A stretch of 64,000 nucleotides of DNA, taken from Patescibacteria group bacterium (GTDB taxonomy: Bacteria; Patescibacteriota; Minisyncoccia; Phycocordibacterales; UBA9973). The DNA lies in the NCBI GenBank assembly GCA_040388575.1, contig JAZKBO010000001.1, positions 6,549 to 70,548 of the forward strand. Reading direction: 5' to 3'. The notes below the pieces were generated by a model that was not told the DNA's origin, searched no databases, and saw only the letters and a program-made list of their open reading frames with translations. A program made the position numbers and the translations under genes. Shown piece after piece: positions 1 to 8,679 of this stretch; within the stretch, counting starts at the first letter, position 1, and every line of letters begins with the position of its first letter.

Positions 1-1
1 T

Positions 2-277
2 AAAGATTTACAAATATTTGCTGGTGGTTCTAAGAAGGCGGACTGGGATGTGGGCCTAGCGGTAGATGCTATTAAAATGGCTTCACGCCTCGACTCCGTA
101 GTAATAGTTTCCGGCGATGGCGACTTCGTGCCACTAGTGGAATATTTACAATCCATAGGTATCCAAGTAGAGGTAGTTTCCTTTGGTCAATCAACTTCCG
201 GCAAACTCCGTGAAGCGGTGGATGACTTCGTTGACCTATCGGATAACCCGAAGAAGTACTTACTCGGCACACGATAA
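2..277 (+). CDS. NYN/LabA-like (DUF88) domain protein, C-terminal part; the ORF continues upstream of the window
   Basis: Reading frame is open from position 2. The motif 'VVIVSGDGDFVPLVEYL' is typical of NYN/LabA-like nuclease folds. Confidence 0.5.
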   Translation, partial: KDLQIFAGGSKKADWDVGLAVDAIKMASRLDSVVIVSGDGDFVPLVEYLQSIGIQVEVVSFGQSTSGKLREAVDDFVDLSDNPKKYLLGTR

Positions 278-412
278 CTCCTCTGCAAGTTGTTTTTTTA
301 GATAAAAGTGCTAGTATAACTCATATTAATAGAGTTAATCGGTTCGCGTTCGGACATATAGTAATGTTCTCTTAATGAATAGAACATACTGCAGTTCGAA
401 CACGAGCTAACT

Positions 413-432
413 CTTCCGACGTTTCGGAAGAC
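413..432 (+). promoter_or_regulatory. Stable hairpin in the pnp leader (TCTTCCG-ACGTT-TCGGAAGA), 8 nt upstream of the pnp start codon
   Basis: Perfect 7-bp inverted repeat read directly from the sequence. pnp leaders are known to carry autoregulatory stem-loops in other bacteria. Confidence 0.25.
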
Positions 433-439
433 AAATATT

Positions 440-2572
440 ATGCAGAAAAAAGAATATAGTATCGAGATTGGTGGCAAAACTTTAACCGCTATGTTTACTG
501 ACTTGGCGGAGCAAGCAGGGGGCTCTGTTATGCTCAAATATGGGGAGACTATTGTGCTGGCCACGGCTTGTATGTCTAAAGACAAGCAAAATGGCTTGGG
601 ATTTTTTAATTTGACGGTGGATTATATCGAAAAGTTCTACGCCTCTGGTAAAATTTCCGGCTCTCGCTTCGTAAAGAGGGAAGGCAAGCCTTCGGAAGAC
701 GCTATCCTTGCCAGCCGAGTAATTGACCGTACCCTGCGCCCACTCTTCGACCAGGAAATCCGCCATGCGGTCCAAGTAATCGTCACCGTTATTTCCGTAG
801 ATGATAATGACTCGGTAATTTTAGCTATCAATGCAGCCTCACTTGCACTAGCAGTATCCAATATTCCTTGGGCTGGACCAATCGGGTCCGTACGTATTGG
901 TAAATATGCCGATGAAAATCTAGTAATCAACGCTCTCTCGAGTATGCGAGCAGAAGATGCGCATTATAAATTCGACCTAGCTGTTTGTGGTAAAGACGGT
1001 AATATCAATATGATCGAGGCTGCGGCCAGGCAGGTAAAGGAAGATGAATTGGAGCTGGCCCTCACGGCAGCAAGTGTGGAAATAACTCGCCTCGAGGACT
1101 TCCAGAAGAAGATTGTGAAGGAAATCGGCAAACCAAAGAGAGTTATTGAAAAAGAAACCATAAATCCTGAATCAGTAGAATTATTTAATAAAAATATTTT
1201 ACCCAAGATGGATGCCGCTATATTCGCTGGTCCAGGTAAGAAGGAAATTGATGAATTACATAGTGCCTGGAATAAATTAGTAAAAGAAAAGTACCCCGAT
1301 CGAGATGATTTTGCGCCGGAGGATAACCTATTTGACGACACTGAAAATAAAATCCTTCATGAAAAGGCAATAAAGGATGGTAAGCGTGCCGACGGCCGCG
1401 CGATGGATGGCCTACGTGACCTCTTTGCACAAGCCGGAGGAATCTCTACAATTTTGCATGGCTCTGGAATTTTCTACCGCGGTGGCACCCACGTACTTTC
1501 AGTACTTACACTCGGTGGCCCGGAAGACAGGCATATGATCGACGGCATGCAAACTAAGAGTGAAAAGAGATTCATGCATCATTACAACTTCCCACCATAT
1601 TCTGCGGGGGAGACGGGCCGCGCCGGATTTACCAACAGGCGTGAAGTCGGCCATGGCGCCCTCGCGGAAAAGGCATTAGCGATGGTCTTACCACCAGCGG
1701 AAAAATTCCCATACACTATCCGCGTAGTTTCTGAATCTATGGCATCCAACGGTTCCACATCTCAGGCATCTATCTGCGCCGGGAGCTTGGCACTGATGGA
1801 CGGCGGCGTACCGATACTTGCACCAGTTGCTGGTATCGCCATGGGCCTCATGTATCAAGATGATAAAAATTATAAAGTTCTAACTGACATTCAAGGACCG
1901 GAGGACCATCATGGTGACATGGATTTTAAAGTTGCTGGCACTCGCGAGGGTATCACTGCCATACAGCTGGATGTAAAGGTAGAAGGCGTACCGATAAAAA
2001 TATTGGGTGAGGCCATGAAGCAGTCGAGGGCCGCGCACTTAGCGATAATTGATAGAATTGAAAAGGAAATCCCAGCACCGCGAGCTGAAATTTCAGCCAA
2101 TGCGCCGAAGATAATCATGATTAAAATATATCCGGATCAAATAGGTATGGTTATCGGCAGTGGCGGCAAGGTAATTAAAGAAATCAAGGAGAAGTCTGGT
2201 GCAGAAATTACTATTGAAGATGACGGCACTGTGTACCTAACTGGTAAGGGTGATGCTCCAGAAAAAGCCAAGACAATTATTGAGGAAATGACTCATGAAT
2301 TTACTCCTGGCGAGGTCTTGAAGGGGGAAGTAGTCAAGATTGCGGACTTCGGTGCCTTTGTAAGATTGAATGACTTTACAGACGGCATGGTCCACATTTC
2401 CGAAATTGCGCCTTTCCGAGTTGAGCGAGTTAGCGATATAATAAAGGAAGGCATGATAGTGCCAGTGAAAGTGATCAAGATTGATCGTGAACGCGGTAAG
2501 ATCAGCCTCTCGATCAAAGAAGCAGACCCAAATTTCTTCAAGCCAAATGGACCAACCATTGGAACAAAATAA
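440..2572 (+). CDS. pnp: Polynucleotide phosphorylase (PNPase)
   Basis: 710 aa with two RNase PH-like cores and C-terminal KH and S1 domains (e.g. 'GPEDHHGDMDFKVAGT', 'GEVLKGEVVKIADFGAFV'). Confidence 0.95.
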   Translation: MQKKEYSIEIGGKTLTAMFTDLAEQAGGSVMLKYGETIVLATACMSKDKQNGLGFFNLTVDYIEKFYASGKISGSRFVKREGKPSEDAILASRVIDRTLRPLFDQEIRHAVQVIVTVISVDDNDSVILAINAASLALAVSNIPWAGPIGSVRIGKYADENLVINALSSMRAEDAHYKFDLAVCGKDGNINMIEAAARQVKEDELELALTAASVEITRLEDFQKKIVKEIGKPKRVIEKETINPESVELFNKNILPKMDAAIFAGPGKKEIDELHSAWNKLVKEKYPDRDDFAPEDNLFDDTENKILHEKAIKDGKRADGRAMDGLRDLFAQAGGISTILHGSGIFYRGGTHVLSVLTLGGPEDRHMIDGMQTKSEKRFMHHYNFPPYSAGETGRAGFTNRREVGHGALAEKALAMVLPPAEKFPYTIRVVSESMASNGSTSQASICAGSLALMDGGVPILAPVAGIAMGLMYQDDKNYKVLTDIQGPEDHHGDMDFKVAGTREGITAIQLDVKVEGVPIKILGEAMKQSRAAHLAIIDRIEKEIPAPRAEISANAPKIIMIKIYPDQIGMVIGSGGKVIKEIKEKSGAEITIEDDGTVYLTGKGDAPEKAKTIIEEMTHEFTPGEVLKGEVVKIADFGAFVRLNDFTDGMVHISEIAPFRVERVSDIIKEGMIVPVKVIKIDRERGKISLSIKEADPNFFKPNGPTIGTK

Positions 2573-3419
2573 AATACCCGAAGCACCTGACCAGCTACAA
2601 GATAAGCTGGTAAAAACCTATGCCACGGATATGGCAGAGGCTATGGGTGACAACCAGGGCGGCATGATAAAGAGTATCATTCGTGAAGAAGAAGCTAAAC
2701 AAAAAGAACATAGCAATCCGGAACTGATAAAAAATAGAATTTTCCTCGGCGCCGGAGTGTTGCTCATAATCGCAGCCTTAGTTACTCTCGGCTATTTCTA
2801 CTTTAGTAAAAAATCAATAGGTACAATACAAGTAGAAAATATTACACCGATGATCTTTACCGACAAATCCGAGAAGGTAGAAATTGCGGACTTAAACAAG
2901 GACCAAATAACTAAAGCTATTTGGGATAAAGCTGCGGGAGTAGATATGAAATACGGTGGGGTAGAAGAGCTCGCCGTGGTAAAGCAAGATAAAATGGTGG
3001 GCCTCCGGGAATTTATTCAAGCTATCAAGAGCCCGCTGGTTTTGAGCGGCAGGCAATTTGTGGATGATAATTTCCTTGTTGGGGTATATGCTTGGGAAAC
3101 AAAGAGTCCATTTATCCTTATCCGCATGCGCTCCATCCCGGATATTTTTACCAGCATGCACGATTGGGAGAGTAAAATGTTTTATGACTTGCACGGAATT
3201 TTCGGTACGGAAATAAATGCTGATACAAACTACCTACTGACTAAAGATTTTGAAGACGGCATTGTAGAAAATAAAAATTCGCGTATATTACACACGAATG
3301 AGGGTAATGTCGCCTTGATGTATGTCTTCCTAGATGACACTCACCTCATGATAGCCAATGACCTACAGGCCGTGCACGAAGTCGTGGTTCGCCTCGCTGG
3401 CAGCCGCATAAAACAATAA
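2547..3419 (+). CDS. Hypothetical single-pass membrane protein
   Basis: ORF 2481..3419 overlaps the pnp 3' end, so the start is more likely the internal Met at 2547 or 2631. One transmembrane helix ('IFLGAGVLLIIAALVTLGYFYF'). Confidence 0.45.
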   Translation: MDQPLEQNKIPEAPDQLQDKLVKTYATDMAEAMGDNQGGMIKSIIREEEAKQKEHSNPELIKNRIFLGAGVLLIIAALVTLGYFYFSKKSIGTIQVENITPMIFTDKSEKVEIADLNKDQITKAIWDKAAGVDMKYGGVEELAVVKQDKMVGLREFIQAIKSPLVLSGRQFVDDNFLVGVYAWETKSPFILIRMRSIPDIFTSMHDWESKMFYDLHGIFGTEINADTNYLLTKDFEDGIVENKNSRILHTNEGNVALMYVFLDDTHLMIANDLQAVHEVVVRLAGSRIKQ

Positions 3420-3421
3420 GA

Positions 3422-4228
3422 TTATTGAGTTACTGGAAGCTCCACATAGAATTGGGAGCCTTTGCCGGGGCCTTCACTCTCGCCCCATACTCGGCCATGA
3501 TGAGCTTCTGCAATAAGCTTGACGGAGAATAGGCCATAACCAGTGGAATCCACATTTACTTTAACGGAGTCCTTGCCGCGGCCGCCTTCAGTGAATAAAT
3601 TCTTTTTATCTTCATCGGTGATGCCGATGCCGGTGTCTTTTACTGAAAAAATTACTTTATTATCTTTCTTTTCTAGTCCCACAATCAATTTCCCAGCCTG
3701 TGTGTACTTGATAGAATTTTCAATTAAGTTATTTACTACCTCCTTGAGCCAGAAAGCATCGCCTGAAATCTTGTAGTCGCCCTCCTTTATATCTTCTTCA
3801 ATTTTTAGACCCTTAGCTTCCGCAGAAACAGTTTTCTCAGTGGCTGTTTTTTGGACGATTTCCTTTAAATCAATTTCCTTCATGTCATACTTCACCACCC
3901 CTTTTTGCATATTAGCTACGGAGAGTACGAGGTCCACCGTTTCGATACCCATGTTGTCACTTTCAAGACCTTGTTCGGCACGCCTCTTGACCTCATCATT
4001 TATTTCACCGAAGGTACCGTCAAGGATGCCGGCAAAAATATATTTAGAGCGGGTGAAGGAACCTTTAACTTTGTGAGTTACCAGGTGCACGAGGGATTCG
4101 CGTTGTTTGATAAGCTCACTAACTTGCTTATACAACCTCGCGAGTTCGAGGTTTTGTTTATACATGGCTTCCGTAACCTTTTTATATTCAGCTGGATCGA
4201 TAGGGCTGTTGTTTTCGTCGTTTGCCAT
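3422..4228 (-). CDS. Cytoplasmic sensor histidine kinase (HisKA-like H-box plus HATPase_c)
   Basis: H-box 'LVHLVTHKVKG'. ATPase N, G1 and G2 motifs 'NLIENSIKYT', 'KDTGIGI', 'GGRGKD...STGYGLFSVK'. No TM segment. Confidence 0.8.
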   Translation of the reverse strand: MANDENNSPIDPAEYKKVTEAMYKQNLELARLYKQVSELIKQRESLVHLVTHKVKGSFTRSKYIFAGILDGTFGEINDEVKRRAEQGLESDNMGIETVDLVLSVANMQKGVVKYDMKEIDLKEIVQKTATEKTVSAEAKGLKIEEDIKEGDYKISGDAFWLKEVVNNLIENSIKYTQAGKLIVGLEKKDNKVIFSVKDTGIGITDEDKKNLFTEGGRGKDSVKVNVDSTGYGLFSVKLIAEAHHGRVWGESEGPGKGSQFYVELPVTQ

Positions 4229-4238
4229 GAATTATTTA

Positions 4239-4517
4239 CTATTTTAAACTGGATGGCACTTCTGAATCCTTTAGGTCCACTATAAGTCCAGCAACGGCAT
4301 GCTTGCATACTTCATGGGAAGCTCTACCAAAGAGCCGTTCGTATTGAGCCACCAGTGCGTCTATCACTTCCTGCTTATTTGAAGAATCAATGCTAATAAC
4401 TCCCTGTTCGTGTACTCCGAGTGATGGAACTTTAGAAGCTTCAATCCAAGCAAGGGGCCCAATAATAAGCTCCTGTTCTTTGATTATTCTTATTACGATT
4501 TGTTCAAAGATGCTCAT
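4239..4517 (-). CDS. Hypothetical 92-aa protein in an operon between the membrane protein and the histidine kinase
   Basis: Clean ORF tightly spaced between neighbouring genes (4522 -> 4517, 4239 -> 4228). No recognisable domain. Confidence 0.4.
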   Translation of the reverse strand: MSIFEQIVIRIIKEQELIIGPLAWIEASKVPSLGVHEQGVISIDSSNKQEVIDALVAQYERLFGRASHEVCKHAVAGLIVDLKDSEVPSSLK

Positions 4518-4521
4518 AATT

Positions 4522-5343
4522 TTAACTGTTTTTGATTTTATAAAAATTCCACCCAGTATAAATCAAGGCCAACGACATAACAAAATATGAAACAAAATAT
4601 AAGTAGTCATCAATACCTCCGGTATACCATGTGCCATGGCCAACTTGATAAAGAAAAACAAAATCAGCTAAATAATCCATTACAAGTGCAAAAAGTAAAA
4701 AAAGTATCGGTTTTTTCATAATACCACCTAACATATTTCTAGAAATTAAAAATGCCAATATTGCTATTGATATATATAATGCTTGCCCAAGAGGGTACCC
4801 AAAATCTAGTAAGATTTTTAATTTGTTTGACCAATCAAATTCATACCCTTGCAAAAACAGGAAATAAGATATAAATAAAATTGCAACAGGTATTATAGCC
4901 GCCCAAATTTTGTTCTTAACTAATTTTAAAGAAAACTTACCACCTCCTATTTTAGAAAGTAAAAATGAAGAATAAATGTAGGCTAAAACACTACCGAAAA
5001 ATCCAATATCTCCAATGGAAGGGTATGGTATTTCAACTTTTTGAAAGATATTCCAGTAGCTATTAAAAAGTTGCCCAAATGTCTGAAGAAAAAGACCAAC
5101 AGACATAATTAGCATTGCTTTGCCTACCAGGCTTTTATAGCCACCCCAATTTCTGGAAACTTTCATCCCAGCAATACCTCCGAATAATGCCATTACAGTG
5201 TAAATCCCACCAAAAATTTGTCTTTGTTTAAGAGAAGAATCTACATCAAGACTATAAACATAGAAAAAGAATATCGAAATACCAACAAACAATATAATTG
5301 CAATCAGGAGTTCACGCTTATTATTTTTATTAGTTTCTAGCAT
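4522..5343 (-). CDS. Polytopic membrane protein, hypothetical
   Basis: 273 aa with about 8 hydrophobic helices. Directly upstream, on the same strand, of the small ORF and the kinase. Confidence 0.6.
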   Translation of the reverse strand: MLETNKNNKRELLIAIILFVGISIFFFYVYSLDVDSSLKQRQIFGGIYTVMALFGGIAGMKVSRNWGGYKSLVGKAMLIMSVGLFLQTFGQLFNSYWNIFQKVEIPYPSIGDIGFFGSVLAYIYSSFLLSKIGGGKFSLKLVKNKIWAAIIPVAILFISYFLFLQGYEFDWSNKLKILLDFGYPLGQALYISIAILAFLISRNMLGGIMKKPILFLLFALVMDYLADFVFLYQVGHGTWYTGGIDDYLYFVSYFVMSLALIYTGWNFYKIKNS

Positions 5344-5422
5344 GTATTTAATTATACCACCCTTCCTTTATTACTGTGCAAGTTGTTTATCAACATGGAT
5401 AACTTTCATTAAGGAAGATTTT

Positions 5423-6367
5423 CTAGGGAGTAGGTGGGGCAAATGTTCCCTCGGCCAACTTATAAGAGATTATATATTTTTTAAAAAAAGAGTGGTGTCT
5501 AAATTGAGTTTTTGCATTCCTTAAATTCTCTATACCAAGATCCTGTTCGTCGTTCATAAATTCTTTACCGAATGAGAAAATAATTTCAGCGTTTTTCTTT
5601 CGTAAGAAAGCATAAATTCCCGGGAGAGCTACCTCTGCTTTAGCGATCATGCCAAGACAATAATTTGAATTATTTAGTTCGTTGATAAAAAAAGCAACTA
5701 ATTTATTATCTATAAAAATTCCCACACTAATCAATTCTGCAACTTCATTAATAATAAATAATCTTTTAATAACCTCAAGTTCTTTGTGTTCAAAAGTGAA
5801 AAATAATTTTTCTATGATCTTATTTGTAATCCATTTTTTGTAAAGTTTAATAACATCAGATTGTGTTTTTTTGTCCCCTAAATGTAAAAGTCTAATTTCT
5901 GCTTTGGGATATTCTTTAATAAAGAACTCAGTTTGTGTAAGTTTCTTTTTTAATTTACTGCCATGTAATTTAGCTAGGGTTTCAGTATGATAAATGTAAT
6001 CAAAATGATCGCGATCTTCCACGATATTGTATTTTTTTGTATCTAAACCTAAAACTGAATCTTCAGGAACTAGCTTTAGTAGCATGTCTAATTTTTCATC
6101 TTTTGATAGAGAGAATAGTTTTTCCACAGTGGAATTAGTATTTTTATTTCCAAGGAAAGAATAGAAAGGTTTTCCAGTTATATAGTCTGCAAAGCGTACA
6201 ACTAAATTACCGTAGAGCTGCGAAATTCGCATTTCACCTTTTATATCCCAACTCCACATGGAGACAAAATTAAAATCAGAATAAGGGGGAAATTTTAGAG
6301 TAAATTTCTCTATATCCTTTTTATCAGTTAATTCAAGTTTTTTAAATTCAGGAAATTCAGGAATCAT
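5423..6367 (-). CDS. Hypothetical protein, possibly a DUF2156/FemAB-like (GNAT-fold) acyltransferase
   Basis: 314-aa ORF with a low-GC, lysine-rich composition typical of this genome. Similarity to the MprF C-terminal-like domain is a weak impression only. Confidence 0.3.
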   Translation of the reverse strand: MIPEFPEFKKLELTDKKDIEKFTLKFPPYSDFNFVSMWSWDIKGEMRISQLYGNLVVRFADYITGKPFYSFLGNKNTNSTVEKLFSLSKDEKLDMLLKLVPEDSVLGLDTKKYNIVEDRDHFDYIYHTETLAKLHGSKLKKKLTQTEFFIKEYPKAEIRLLHLGDKKTQSDVIKLYKKWITNKIIEKLFFTFEHKELEVIKRLFIINEVAELISVGIFIDNKLVAFFINELNNSNYCLGMIAKAEVALPGIYAFLRKKNAEIIFSFGKEFMNDEQDLGIENLRNAKTQFRHHSFFKKYIISYKLAEGTFAPPTP

Positions 6368-6454
6368 AAAAAATTAAGAAAACCCGCTCCTTTGCGACTC
6401 TCCGGTGTGTTAATATTTTAGCATAATAATATAAAGTTTAAAAAAGAGAAGGTC

Positions 6455-6482
6455 TTGCAAAAAATCTAAAATGATGTATAAT
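6455..6482 (+). promoter_or_regulatory. Sigma-70-like promoter (TTGCAA, 16-nt spacer, TGnTATAAT) at the AT-rich edge of high-GC island 1
   Basis: Motifs read directly: ttgcaa at 6455-6460, tgtataat at 6475-6482. Confidence 0.4.
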
Positions 6483-6537
6483 GATAATAAGGCAGCCCTT
6501 GTTTTTTGACACTTAAATAGGGCTAGGAGTTGACACT

Positions 6538-6975
6538 ATGGGTCGCGAGGATACGGTACGAACCCTACTGAACTCAATCCCGATTTTCACAAGTCGCGAC
6601 TGGGGCTCCGTGGAGAGAAATGGTAGGGCGGTAGAGCTGGCCAAATCCATTCGGGCAGCCGTCGATCAACGGGACGACGCCAAGATGAAAGAGTTGGCTA
6701 AGGAAATCGACTACTTCATGTCGCCAAGCTTTGTTCTCTTCAAGAGGATGGAGCGTCTCATCGAGAGACAGGGACAGAGGGTTTGGCGCGCCGAACAAGA
6801 CAACGCCGCTTGGCAGAGTCTGATCAGACGCACGTCGATCGTTACACGACGTCGTGATACTGCGGAGCTCGCAGAAATTGCGCCGCGCATCATTGCGTTT
6901 CTCAAGCAGAGGAACGAGCATGTCCTGGCTGGAAGCCTCGAAGAGGCCCTGGCTACATGCAAGGCTCGAAGATAG
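6538..6975 (+). CDS. Hypothetical protein, first gene of high-GC island 1
   Basis: 145-aa ORF. Coding-like composition at about 58% GC against an AT-rich backbone. Arg-rich, no recognised domain. Confidence 0.5.
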   Translation: MGREDTVRTLLNSIPIFTSRDWGSVERNGRAVELAKSIRAAVDQRDDAKMKELAKEIDYFMSPSFVLFKRMERLIERQGQRVWRAEQDNAAWQSLIRRTSIVTRRRDTAELAEIAPRIIAFLKQRNEHVLAGSLEEALATCKARR

Positions 6976-7001
6976 TTCACCCCTAGTAAGGACTAAAAGA
7001 G

Positions 7002-7490
7002 ATGTCGAAGCTGTATTTTACTCGCTCCGGCGCAGATAGAATAATGCGTCAGAAGCAGGCTTTATTTGACAAACTTAGGTCAATTCAAGGCCAGAAAGGA
7101 GAAGCCGCAGAGGTTGGAGGCAACCAGTGGCATGATAATTTCTCCTTCGAGCAACTGTCGCGTGACGAACAGATGGTTAACGCACAAATCACTGAAATCA
7201 ATCGAAAGATTGCCGACATGGTTGTGATTGACCAGCCGCCAGACGACACGAGCAAGCTTCGCATTGGACACATTGCGTTGCTTGATGTTAATGGAGAAAT
7301 CAAAACATATTTGGTGGGGGGCTTTGAAGACTCGGAGAGCTCCACTAAACCGCAGGTCATCAGCTATCTGGCTCCGCTCATCCGCCAATTCATCGGAAAA
7401 GAGCGGGGCTACACGACTTCAATCAAAATCGATGAGAAGACGGTTGAAGTCACGCTCGAGGAGATACAACTACAGAAGGAGGGGAAGTAG
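7002..7490 (+). CDS. GreA/GreB-family transcript-cleavage-factor homologue
   Basis: N-terminal coiled coil and C-terminal FKBP-like domain align with GreA ('NAQITEINRKIADMVVID', 'LRIGHIALLDVNGEIKTYLVGG...ISYLAPLIRQFIGKERGYTTSIKI'). Confidence 0.7.
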   Translation: MSKLYFTRSGADRIMRQKQALFDKLRSIQGQKGEAAEVGGNQWHDNFSFEQLSRDEQMVNAQITEINRKIADMVVIDQPPDDTSKLRIGHIALLDVNGEIKTYLVGGFEDSESSTKPQVISYLAPLIRQFIGKERGYTTSIKIDEKTVEVTLEEIQLQKEGK

Positions 7491-7492
7491 TC

Positions 7493-8047
7493 ATGATCGT
7501 AGCAGTAGAAGGGATTGACTGCGCCGGGAAAGGTGAAGCTTGCCCTAGACTGGCCAGAGCTCTTAATGCAATCTTGTTCAAGACTCCCCCTGAAAGCATG
7601 AGAGGGGAGCAGGATAAGGTCAACGCTACTGCCACGGATGAGGAGCATTATAGTTACTTTACTCGAGTCGTGCAAACGGCATCGAGGGAGTTAGCTGTTC
7701 TGGCTACGAACCGCAACGTGGTAGTAGATCGATATTGGATGACCACAGTGGTTTACCACCGGGTCATGGGAATTCCAGCCAAACTGGCGGATATGGGCAA
7801 CATTATCATTCCGGATATAACCGTCTACCTAACGGTGTCTCCGCAAGTCCAAGCAAAACGAATGGATGGTAGGGGCATGTCTCCGGGCGACAAGCGCATG
7901 GACGGCAGGCAACACCTCATTCGACAAATCTACGACGAAGTCCTGTCCACGGTGGACAAGGTGATTCGCGTAGATACCAGCAATCTTACCCCGGATCAGG
8001 TCATCGACCTGATTCTCGCGGGAATGCCCTCTGTCGACAGCGGCTGA
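7493..8047 (+). CDS. Thymidylate-kinase-like (dNMP kinase fold) protein with an atypical P-loop
   Basis: 'IVAVEGIDCAGKGEA' resembles the TMPK 'IEGxDGAGKST' motif but lacks the Ser/Thr. 'DRYWMTTVVYH' and 'PDITVYLTVSPQVQAKRMDGRG' match TMPK DRx and lid regions. Confidence 0.65.
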   Translation: MIVAVEGIDCAGKGEACPRLARALNAILFKTPPESMRGEQDKVNATATDEEHYSYFTRVVQTASRELAVLATNRNVVVDRYWMTTVVYHRVMGIPAKLADMGNIIIPDITVYLTVSPQVQAKRMDGRGMSPGDKRMDGRQHLIRQIYDEVLSTVDKVIRVDTSNLTPDQVIDLILAGMPSVDSG

Positions 8048-8114
8048 GGGCATTTACTTTTGCACTTACAATAATGTTATAATGGTTTTAATTATTTAAA
8101 TACAATAAATATCT

Positions 8115-8672
8115 ATGAATAACCGAGAGATAGAGGTAAGATTTTTAGAAATTGATAAACAACTTTTAATTAAAAAATTAAGCGATCTTGGGGCGCAAGA
8201 TCATGGAGAAGATTTATTGGAGGAAATTATTTTTTATGACAAGGATCATAAATGGCCAGACGAGGGTAAATTTGTAAGAATAAGAAAGGATAGTAAGGGT
8301 GTATTACTGTCCTACAAGCACCATCAGTCTGAAAATATTAATGGGGTAGAAGAAATTGAATTTGGTATTACAGACAGTGAACAAGCAAAAGTTTTTTTAG
8401 AAAAATTAGGACTAATAGTTTTTAGATACCAACAAAAAAAACGGCATTCGTTCACGTTAAACGGAGTAACTGTGGACATTGATACGTGGCCCAAAATCCC
8501 AACATATCTAGAGCTTGAGGGATCTTCTGAATTAGAACTAAAAGAAGCAGCGGGAAAGCTTCAATTGGATTGGCAGGAGGTAGTTTTTAAAAGCGCGAGA
8601 ACTATTATTGAAGAACAATACCATATACCAGTTAGCTCGATGAAGTGGTTTACTTTTGATAAATTTGAATAA
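8115..8672 (+). CDS. CYTH-domain protein (triphosphate tunnel metalloenzyme; class IV adenylyl cyclase / triphosphatase family)
   Basis: N-terminal 'EIEVRF' (ExExK) motif and C-terminal 'YLELEGSSELE' acidic motif, with matching size. Confidence 0.8.
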   Translation: MNNREIEVRFLEIDKQLLIKKLSDLGAQDHGEDLLEEIIFYDKDHKWPDEGKFVRIRKDSKGVLLSYKHHQSENINGVEEIEFGITDSEQAKVFLEKLGLIVFRYQQKKRHSFTLNGVTVDIDTWPKIPTYLELEGSSELELKEAAGKLQLDWQEVVFKSARTIIEEQYHIPVSSMKWFTFDKFE

Positions 8673-8679
8673 ATAAAAT

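Noticed and set aside
482-2586. Multiple 60-125-aa ORFs on the opposite strand or other frames inside pnp
   Set aside because: They are entirely embedded in a confidently identified, highly conserved gene and have no independent signals.
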